Origin: a virus
Taxonomy: Duplodnaviria > Caudoviricetes
DNA length: 33,857 nt
IMG/VR virus record: IMGVR_UViG_3300031952_000079
Location: 1-33,857 of that record
Reading direction: 5' to 3' (one strand)
The notes beneath the pieces were generated by a model. It was not told the DNA's origin. It saw nothing but the letters and a program-made list of their open reading frames with translations, and ran no database searches. The translations under genes were made by a program, and so were the position numbers. Position 1 is the stretch's first letter. The number at the start of each line of letters is the position of its first letter. Shown piece after piece: positions 1 through 7,245 of this stretch.

Positions 1-15
1 GGGCTATATTTGTGT

Positions 16-141
16 CATCTGGTCTGTAGGACTTGGAGCATTGCTTACGCCAACCCCAGAAGACACAAATATAGCCCTCAAAGATATACAGAACCTTGAA
101 ATTGTTTCATGGTTGAAAATCGAGAAGGCCCTTAAAGCAAC
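16..141 (+). repeat. Left copy of 126-bp terminal direct repeat (circular assembly overlap)
   Basis: catctggtctgtagg...cttaaagcaac is identical to 33732-33857. Confidence 0.95.
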
Positions 142-256
142 CTTGGCGGCCGGCGAAGTGCTAATCCGCTTCAACTGGCAAACAGACGAAAAACTAAACA
201 CCTTCAAAGATGAGATACTCAAAGCAAAACAGGCCTTGCGACAGGTTACGGAGTAG
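142..256 (+). CDS. 3' part of the junction-spanning PH/GRAM-like protein
   Basis: In-frame continuation ending ...AKQALRQVTE*; ends in the C-terminal helix expected for a PH fold. Confidence 0.7.
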
Positions 257-3200
257 GCCCCCTTTTTCCAGTACCTTGAATCTGAAGAGACCTGCTCAAG
301 CCGTAAAGCCAATCCGCCATCAGCGTAGGCTCTTTTCCAAGAGAAAAGGTCACCCTGAGAACTTTCTGAGGATCTCCAAAAGCTTCGTACACAATTTGGT
401 TAACTCGGAAATCTCCGTCGACGTTCAGATTGGGAATGTGATGATGCGCAGCGTCTCCGCCGAGAATTGGCTTATCAACGTAAACCAGAACCTCGCTCTC
501 CGTTTTGGTTCTCTGAGCAGAATCCTTCAACCAAGCAAGCACCGCTTTAGCTCTCAACGTGCATTCCTCGTCGCTTATCAGCTCCTCGTCGATGTCACTA
601 TATTCCCTGAGACCATACGCGCTCTGGCTATCACCATCCTCCTGCATGTTTTCCCACCGGTCTCTATCGAAGAAAATAGCGTCTAAACACCACTGTACAT
701 AATCAGGATATCCGTGGAAGGGAACTTTGAAGTAGAGGTATTTTATGCTATGCCAATCAGGGGAGCCGTACGTATTCCATATTCCAGTCGGGTTTTCAGT
801 TGAATACTCATTAGATTTTCCGAGGACAAGTTTCATGCCTTCCCCATTATATGGGGTCGGCTCGTGTGAAAGGTAGAAGTAGTTATCCAAGTCTGAACAG
901 AGCCGGTACTCAGTGATCCTCGTCAAGGGATAAAGCGGAGTCGGACAGTTCACCCAGATGATAAGTACCTTCTCGCTATCTAGGCGAAAGGCTCTCTCTA
1001 CGCCGGCTTCGTCGCTTAGTTTTAGGTAGCCTTCAAGATAACCTTCGGGGCCCATCGCATCCACAGTCTCAAATTTGATGCTATATGAGCCCAGCTTCTT
1101 CCACGCCGACGAGCGAACGAGACTATACGCAATGGAGCCGGCCTTAACCCAATGAGCAGGAGGATCGCTGGCATCCACAGGCTCAGTCCACCGGTCACGG
1201 TTGCGAGGCATATACGCAGTCGGCGCACCACGAATCCTAACCTTATTACGTATCCGCGTAATGTCGTCTTCCCATTCGGCTCTCTCAAGAATCTCAGTAA
1301 TATCGACGTCCGCGACAATCTTCTTGCCAACTGGGAAAAACGCGAACTTACCATCCGGATTCGTTCTAATCTCGAATCCTATCACTCCGTCCCGATCAGC
1401 ATTCTTCGCAGCCATCTTCAGAATATCATTCGCCACAACATCATCGTAGTCCAGCCTGGCAAAAGACGTGTCCGAAGGCTCAACCAGCGACGCTTGGCTA
1501 ACGTAGCCGTTGAAGGTTGTGCTGCTCGCGTTATTGTAGCTTTGGCACGGCATGAAATATCTGAAGCTATGATACTGTTGCAGATTCAATGTGAGAATCT
1601 CGTTTATCCGAGTCCTTTCCGCGTCATCGTAGATTTCAAGCCAAGCCATCGCTCCGATTTTTCTGAAAATACAGAAAAGGACTTGACCAAGAGCGAAAGA
1701 TTTTGTCGCACTATCGTAAACTGAGCCACCGTAAGCCTCTTGAATTTTCACGACTTGCTTCATTGGACTGCTATTATCGTTGTAAAGAATGATGGTTACT
1801 GCTGCATGATTTCCAGTTACCCACCCATAGAAATCATCCAAATCAACCCCACAAGAGCCGAAACAGGACGCGCCATAAACTGACCCGCCTTTTCCTCGAA
1901 TATCTAGCCAAAACTCGAAGTCGGTTATTCCGTCTACTCCGAAATCCTTGTAAACATAAGCATCCTCATTCCTGGCCAGTCCGGAAAGGTAGAGTCTATG
2001 ATCTGTTTTTGTGATATGGCCATTAGGGTCTACTTCGGTGCAGGCGCTGAAAGCCGGAGTATCATCGTCCGCATCAGCTATCAGGTGCTCCAGATCCGTG
2101 AAAGTCTCCAGGATATCTTCAACCAGAAGCTCAGCCCGAATGTTCACATACGTTCTCGCAACTACCCTACGCAAAAGATGCTCATACGTCGAACGACCCC
2201 ACAAACTAAGGTAATGTCTACCGTCTGCGTCCTCGATTCCCCGCACGAGCTCAACGCGCCCGGTCAGCAGCTGAGGAACCACGTTGCCTCTGCCAATCTT
2301 CACCGTCGCAGCCAAACCCTTCGTAATCGGATACGTCCCGCCCGGACTGTACTTTTCATCCCAGTTTTGCAGCAACGCCGAGAAACTAGACATCTCCTCC
2401 GTGCAGCCAAGCACAGCCTGAGCATACGCAACCTCCGAATCCGCCGGCTCAACAGAGCCAAACGTCAACTCGACAGCAGGATCCTCCTGCGGATCCGCGG
2501 CTAACTCGCTCGCCTCAGCTAATGCCAACAGTAAAGGTTTCACGTTCGGGTAATGCGTCGGCTCGATTGTACTGAAGTCCGGGTCATGCGTACAGCATTC
2601 AACAGTCCACGCCAAGATTTTATGGTTGTTATGGAAGTAGGCACATGGCTTCGGGTTGCCACTGTCTGAAGTCTCTTGTTTTGCATATGCCGCACGTTCT
2701 CCTTCAAGCGCTCTTTTCTGGTAACGGTGATATATTCTTCTGCAATGCTCAAGGTCGACGGCGTCCATCGCCGCTTCTATCCAACAATTATAGCCACTTC
2801 CGCCGTCATGCGTGAAGATTATGTTTCTAGGCATCCATTGTTTGAAGAAGTTTTTGCACGCTATTGACTCCGGCTCGCTGAGAGCATAAGGCCCTCGGTA
2901 CTGCCAGTTTCCGGGCGTTCCTGAGCCGCCGGTTCCCCAATCATAATCGAAGTTGAAGTTCAGGTTTGTCCCTGCATGGTTAGGACTCTGAACATTATAC
3001 TCGTCAATACACAACATAGGCACTATCAGAACAAGATTCCGCTCTCGAATCCTCACCGCTTCAGCATCTGCGCTCGTGATAAGCCAAGACGCAAAAAGAT
3101 ACGTAATTTCAACATTAGCCTTTTCTTCGCCGTGAATGTTAGCCACTATCGCAAAACGACCACCAAGAGGATTCCCAATTTTGAAGAGCTTAAGATCTCT

Positions 3201-3311
3201 GTTCTCAACGCTCTTGCCTATAACTTCGCTTGAACACACGCTCGGGTAACTCGTGGCCAGAGCATCCCAAGCAGCAGTCATTTGATCCCTGGTTTTGTAC
3301 GACATCTTCAC
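246..3311 (-). CDS. Tail-tip/baseplate hub-like protein with N-terminal M14 zinc carboxypeptidase domain and inserted lectin/CBM-like domains
   Basis: IHGEE (HxxE), IFTHD and WTVEC M14 motifs in aa ~1-268; hub-like segments (GRVELV..LWGRSTYEHLLRR, ITRIRNKVRIRG, EDGDSQSAYGLRE); last gene of tail operon. Confidence 0.75.
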   Translation of the reverse strand: MKMSYKTRDQMTAAWDALATSYPSVCSSEVIGKSVENRDLKLFKIGNPLGGRFAIVANIHGEEKANVEITYLFASWLITSADAEAVRIRERNLVLIVPMLCIDEYNVQSPNHAGTNLNFNFDYDWGTGGSGTPGNWQYRGPYALSEPESIACKNFFKQWMPRNIIFTHDGGSGYNCWIEAAMDAVDLEHCRRIYHRYQKRALEGERAAYAKQETSDSGNPKPCAYFHNNHKILAWTVECCTHDPDFSTIEPTHYPNVKPLLLALAEASELAADPQEDPAVELTFGSVEPADSEVAYAQAVLGCTEEMSSFSALLQNWDEKYSPGGTYPITKGLAATVKIGRGNVVPQLLTGRVELVRGIEDADGRHYLSLWGRSTYEHLLRRVVARTYVNIRAELLVEDILETFTDLEHLIADADDDTPAFSACTEVDPNGHITKTDHRLYLSGLARNEDAYVYKDFGVDGITDFEFWLDIRGKGGSVYGASCFGSCGVDLDDFYGWVTGNHAAVTIILYNDNSSPMKQVVKIQEAYGGSVYDSATKSFALGQVLFCIFRKIGAMAWLEIYDDAERTRINEILTLNLQQYHSFRYFMPCQSYNNASSTTFNGYVSQASLVEPSDTSFARLDYDDVVANDILKMAAKNADRDGVIGFEIRTNPDGKFAFFPVGKKIVADVDITEILERAEWEDDITRIRNKVRIRGAPTAYMPRNRDRWTEPVDASDPPAHWVKAGSIAYSLVRSSAWKKLGSYSIKFETVDAMGPEGYLEGYLKLSDEAGVERAFRLDSEKVLIIWVNCPTPLYPLTRITEYRLCSDLDNYFYLSHEPTPYNGEGMKLVLGKSNEYSTENPTGIWNTYGSPDWHSIKYLYFKVPFHGYPDYVQWCLDAIFFDRDRWENMQEDGDSQSAYGLREYSDIDEELISDEECTLRAKAVLAWLKDSAQRTKTESEVLVYVDKPILGGDAAHHHIPNLNVDGDFRVNQIVYEAFGDPQKVLRVTFSLGKEPTLMADWLYGLSRSLQIQGTGKRGPTP

Positions 3312-3317
3312 AGGCTC

Positions 3318-3794
3318 CTAAGGCGTCTCGTTACCACGCCTCAACATATCACCAGATTCAGCCCTGGTAACTGCCCGGCTAGACGTGACGACACTATCGT
3401 TGAACCTATTATTCGCATCCGTCGCCTGATTAGTCGCCATCGCAAGATAGCCCATATACGCAGCCAGCGCGATAACAACGCCCACGCCAGCCGTCGCAAG
3501 ACCCACCTGCATGGCCAAACTCGAATTGTAAAGCCAAGTGATAATAGTGGTTACTTGTGTTATGTGGCTGAGCGCATCGAACCCTCGCATCAACGAGCCG
3601 GCAACTGTGAAGACGCTTCCAAACGTAGCTATCATATTCGCTGTCTCCTTATTCAAAAACCCAAACTGCTGGCCAAGATGCGCAATGCCAATTGCAGCCA
3701 TCCCAAGCTGACTAATATCCCTGGCAATAGCGCGGATCGCTCCGCTCGCTTCGTCACGCGCTTTAATGTTTACCCAGATCTCTTTTGAACTCAT
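3318..3794 (-). CDS. Very short tape-measure-like protein (158 aa)
   Basis: N-terminal IxAxDxAS motif (VNIKARDEASG); Ala/Gly-rich hydrophobic helices; directly upstream of hub gene; ATGA overlap with the preceding gene. Confidence 0.65.
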   Translation of the reverse strand: MSSKEIWVNIKARDEASGAIRAIARDISQLGMAAIGIAHLGQQFGFLNKETANMIATFGSVFTVAGSLMRGFDALSHITQVTTIITWLYNSSLAMQVGLATAGVGVVIALAAYMGYLAMATNQATDANNRFNDSVVTSSRAVTRAESGDMLRRGNETP

Positions 3795-4153
3795 AGGCCT
3801 GCCACCAGCTTCGCCTCTTCAATCGCAAAAACCATCAAGGCAACCACCTGAGGCTCGTAGAAATCGAAGGCAGGCCCAAGATACGGCTGCGGAGCCATAT
3901 ATCGCGTACCATACTCAACATAACCCGCATAGAGGGCTCTGGCGCCAACTATGATCTCCCACTCAGCCGTGCGATAGTAGATCGTGCTTTGAAGGTATCC
4001 TGTCCTCACTGGAACAATGGCCCGGGCAAACTCCTTAATATTCGCTCCCAACTCATGAAAAACCTCGCGAATCTGGCTGCGAATCTCTTCGCTGAAAACG
4101 TCCATAGCAAGCGTGAACTCTTCCACACCGCTGACTTCGAAACTATACTTCAG
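3791..4153 (-). CDS. HK97 gp10-like tail completion/neck protein (CTG start at 4153 proposed; ORF track uses GTG 4126)
   Basis: VPVRTGYLQSTI and YAGYVEYGTRYMAPQPYLGPA motifs. Confidence 0.85.
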   Translation of the reverse strand: MKYSFEVSGVEEFTLAMDVFSEEIRSQIREVFHELGANIKEFARAIVPVRTGYLQSTIYYRTAEWEIIVGARALYAGYVEYGTRYMAPQPYLGPAFDFYEPQVVALMVFAIEEAKLVAGL

Positions 4154-4347
4154 TGAGATTTTCCTGCAGCCTCCGCCTTTTTCTGTTCTACCAACGCCTC
4201 CCGATCCAACTCACCCATGATCAAGAGGAAACGTTCGATCTTTCCGGCGCCTTCACGTCCGAGCCTGCTGGGGAGACAACCAAACTCTTTGCAAAGCCTA
4301 AACTCTGTAACAGCCGGGTGAGGTCTTCCTCGCCTAACTGCGTCAAC
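4150..4347 (-). CDS. -1 frameshift extension of tail chaperone (gpGT-like; 176-aa fusion product)
   Basis: Open -1 frame VDAVRRGRPHPAVTEFRLCKEFGCLPSRL...AAGKSH* after T TTT TTG; fills the gap to the next gene. Confidence 0.75.
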   Translation of the reverse strand, partial: VDAVRRGRPHPAVTEFRLCKEFGCLPSRLGREGAGKIERFLLIMGELDREALVEQKKAEAAGKSH

Positions 4348-4679
4348 AAAAAACGTGCCTCCTCAGGATCCACGCCGTTAATGCTGTTCGAAGCCTTTTG
4401 GAAAAGCTTGAAGAGACCGTCAGGAACCCCGTTCTCCTCGTCCAGCAGCTTCGCAATCGTTAAGGGCTTCGTCTCAGGTTGAGCAACAATCGCCGCGTAC
4501 AAGGTTTCAGCTTGAATCGCAACATAGTCGCTCTTGAGAACCTCGCCCGTCTGCGTGTTGATCTTCATGTACGTTTCAGCGATACGGCTCTTCTTCGCCC
4601 AGCTAAGCTCACGGAGAACGTACTTGCCCCTGTACTCGGATCCGTACTTGTCGTCAACTTCAACACTTATTTTCCTCAT
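4221..4679 (-). CDS. Tail assembly chaperone (gpG-like, 152 aa)
   Basis: ATG at 4679 overlaps the tail tube stop (TGATG); position after tail tube; slippery heptamer near the 3' end. Confidence 0.75.
   Translation of the reverse strand: MRKISVEVDDKYGSEYRGKYVLRELSWAKKSRIAETYMKINTQTGEVLKSDYVAIQAETLYAAIVAQPETKPLTIAKLLDEENGVPDGLFKLFQKASNSINGVDPEEARFLLTQLGEEDLTRLLQSLGFAKSLVVSPAGSDVKAPERSNVSS
4311..4353 (-). other. Programmed -1 ribosomal frameshift signal
   Basis: U UUU UUG (4353-4347), 6-nt spacer, hairpin CAGUUAGGCGAGG-AAGA-CCUCACCCGGCUG (4340-4311). Confidence 0.75.
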
Positions 4680-5572
4680 CAATAAGGCCTCGCAACATCC
4701 ACACTCAACGGAATCAGCTTCACCTTGCACGACAGAACATCGTCAGCCTTTGTTGGAACGCTAACCAGACTCGCCTTCGCATCCGTCAACGTGACATAGT
4801 GTCCGGCTGAGCCCAGGCCAATCTCCCAAGTCCTAGCCGTATCATTCACCACGTCATCAAAACGTGCCTTGCTCTCAAAGTCGAAACTCAGATCAGCAGA
4901 AACCTCTTTCCTGCGACTCTGCAGGTACTTCATCAAATCGCCATCCGCGGCCCGAATCACAGGCACAGGCTTAAGATTAAAATTGAAGTCCACGCGCCAG
5001 GCAACGCACTCAGTCATTGCGGCGCCATCCATCTTTATGTAGCCATCGTGAAACGCCTTACTCGCCGTCGCAAACGTATCACTGTATGTTCCGCTTGTCT
5101 GCTTCGCCACAGCCGTCGTAAGCTTCTGCGCAATAAAATCAGCTGCAGCCCGAATCAGCATAGCCTCATCATCCCGGTCACTTGCCTCCGCCTCAACGCT
5201 CATGTGGTTGCACCGGCAGCCAGTGAAAAGCAAACTCACAAGATTCGAGGGATAAGCCCAGGTATCATCATGGTAAAGCAACTCAAGATCGAGAGCATAA
5301 AGATCCCAGCATTCTTTAATTAGGATCGCCGCTTCTGAAGGCAACGCCCAAGCAAGCTTAACGTCGCCGCGCCGCATTCCCCGCTTAAGCGCATTATATT
5401 GGTCGCTGCCAACTGTCTTCACAGCAAGAAGATTAGGAGTCTTGCTAGGCTCAATACTCGTCCAAGGCAAACTATAGCATATAGCCGCAGCGTCAAAAGT
5501 GCCAAACGTGTTCTCCAGCTTATAATAGGCCCTGGATTTAGATCCAACAAACGGGTAAGTAGGCGTCGACAT
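4679..5572 (-). CDS. Major tail tube protein
   Basis: 297 aa, beta-rich, N-terminal ExTFG motif, position between terminator and chaperone genes. Confidence 0.75.
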   Translation of the reverse strand: MSTPTYPFVGSKSRAYYKLENTFGTFDAAAICYSLPWTSIEPSKTPNLLAVKTVGSDQYNALKRGMRRGDVKLAWALPSEAAILIKECWDLYALDLELLYHDDTWAYPSNLVSLLFTGCRCNHMSVEAEASDRDDEAMLIRAAADFIAQKLTTAVAKQTSGTYSDTFATASKAFHDGYIKMDGAAMTECVAWRVDFNFNLKPVPVIRAADGDLMKYLQSRRKEVSADLSFDFESKARFDDVVNDTARTWEIGLGSAGHYVTLTDAKASLVSVPTKADDVLSCKVKLIPLSVDVARPY

Positions 5573-6034
5573 CTACGGCTCCTCCACCTTCGGAAACCTG
5601 TGCGTTTTAACCCGGACCTCAGCCGCATAAAGCCTCGGCGTAGGCTCAACGCGAACCGACTTCTTCACGCCAATGACACTAATTTGCTTAAGGATTCCTC
5701 CAGGAGACTTCGAACGAGCCCCTATGACTTGTTTAACCCCGCAGATCATATCCCAAAGCAGCCGACGCGCAGACAAGCCCTCAGCATCCTTCGTGAAGCA
5801 TTTGACCGTGTAAACCTCAACCACATGCCGCTGAAAAGTAGCATTAATAATATGCTCGTCACCGCCATCGCCAAGGCCTACAGTCAGAACAGCAAAGTAG
5901 TTGGAGAGAAGCTTCTCTTCAAACTCGCCGCCAATAAGCACCTTTTCCGGCGGTATAGCGGTAGCGTTATCCATCTTCAACGCGACGTCCGCAAGAATCG
6001 TCTTCAAGGTTTCTTCAGGATCTTCAAAACTCAT
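5573..6034 (-). CDS. Putative tail terminator protein
   Basis: 153 aa; synteny upstream of tail tube. Confidence 0.55.
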   Translation of the reverse strand: MSFEDPEETLKTILADVALKMDNATAIPPEKVLIGGEFEEKLLSNYFAVLTVGLGDGGDEHIINATFQRHVVEVYTVKCFTKDAEGLSARRLLWDMICGVKQVIGARSKSPGGILKQISVIGVKKSVRVEPTPRLYAAEVRVKTHRFPKVEEP

Positions 6035-6349
6035 TTAGCCATACACCAGCCTAATCATTCCCGTATAGTATAGCTCGCCGATCCCGGCAGCCTCAAACTT
6101 TTGAATCGGGCAACACTCCCACGTCTGAGCCCCGATTATGAGTTGATCCAGATGCGCCAAGGGAGAAGTCGTGTAGATCTGCTGCAGCCTCTTCTCGCCA
6201 ACACCAGCATCCAAAAGCAGTTCACTGACGCCTGAAGGCTCAACAATCACCTTGATCGTGCCCTTGCTCGTCAACGTGCCATCCACGTTTCTCTGGCGCC
6301 ACGTCACATTTACGCCGTGCGTCTGCAGGATACTCTCAAACTTTCCCAC
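6035..6349 (-). CDS. Putative head-closure (stopper) protein
   Basis: 104 aa, beta-rich; GxxVTW start; follows the adaptor. Confidence 0.55.
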   Translation of the reverse strand: MGKFESILQTHGVNVTWRQRNVDGTLTSKGTIKVIVEPSGVSELLLDAGVGEKRLQQIYTTSPLAHLDQLIIGAQTWECCPIQKFEAAGIGELYYTGMIRLVYG

Positions 6350-7245
6350 TAATCGGACACCGCCCTAAAATCGCCCGTAGTCGCCGTAAGCTTCGCAACC
6401 AGCCGATCCACCTCAGCCTGCAGCTGCTCCGCAATCCCCGAAAGATCTGACGCCGTATTCTGAGGAGTCACAGACAATGGGCCAAGCGTGAAACTGAAGC
6501 CCGTAGAAGCGCCGCCGCTAACGTACGCAAGAAACCGGAGGCCAGCCAAAGCCTCAACAAGCAACCGATAATCGCCCGAGAGCGTCAGAAAATCGAGACC
6601 CACGTTAAGCTCGCTTTCAACCGTAGAAATCGCCTTACCAATCAACACCCAAGCATCCTCAAAACTTATGCTCTGAGTAGTCAACTTCGTAACCTTCAAC
6701 AACTCCGCAACAAAATCATAGCTGCCGAAATCGCCCTTGAAACAGTCGCTAAACTCAGCACGCGTGTCGTTTGGTCCTTCAACCCTTGCGCCGGCAAGGC
6801 CCGTCCAAAACTTCGCGCCAAGATAGTCAAACTTGAAGACCTCTGCGCCGTCCAAGAAGCACTGCGCGTAATAGTCGCCGTCAGCATCCTTGTTTATGCG
6901 GAGACAAAGCAGGTACTCCACGTTCTGCTCAACCTTCCAAGCACGCTGCAAAACCTCCTTAGGCACATCCTCCTCAGTCTCGATCATCAAGTAGAGGCCT
7001 AACTTTTGGTTGCCAAAATCCAGCCTAAACTCAACATAACTCTGCTTATAATCCGCATCCTCAAGAAAACTAGCAACGAGCCCCGCGGTGTCGCAGTCGA
7101 CAAGCTTCACCTTAGCCCACCACTCGTAAAGCTCATCATCCTCGCTGCCAGACACAGCAAAAGCAGGCAGACCAACATGCGGCAAAAGCGAGAACGCGAC
7201 GTCGCTGATCTTCTGCATCACGCCGGTGATCTGGGCGAAACGCAT
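6349..7245 (-). CDS. Putative head-tail adaptor with an extra N-terminal beta-rich domain
   Basis: C-terminal ~115 aa helical with a beta-hairpin (GGASTGFSFTLGPLSV) like gp6/gp15 adaptors; TGATG coupling to upstream gene. Confidence 0.55.
   Translation of the reverse strand: MRFAQITGVMQKISDVAFSLLPHVGLPAFAVSGSEDDELYEWWAKVKLVDCDTAGLVASFLEDADYKQSYVEFRLDFGNQKLGLYLMIETEEDVPKEVLQRAWKVEQNVEYLLCLRINKDADGDYYAQCFLDGAEVFKFDYLGAKFWTGLAGARVEGPNDTRAEFSDCFKGDFGSYDFVAELLKVTKLTTQSISFEDAWVLIGKAISTVESELNVGLDFLTLSGDYRLLVEALAGLRFLAYVSGGASTGFSFTLGPLSVTPQNTASDLSGIAEQLQAEVDRLVAKLTATTGDFRAVSD

Noticed and set aside
1-77. First 16 nt (gggctatatttgtgtc) are the reverse complement of 62-77, suggesting a terminal hairpin or invertible end
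   Set aside because: Bases 1-15 disagree with the sequence preceding the repeat at the other end and break an intact ORF; most likely a fold-back chimeric read tip
16-141. Terminal repeat as a biological DTR or attL/attR
   Set aside because: It falls in mid-gene and its length is typical of assembler k-mer overlap
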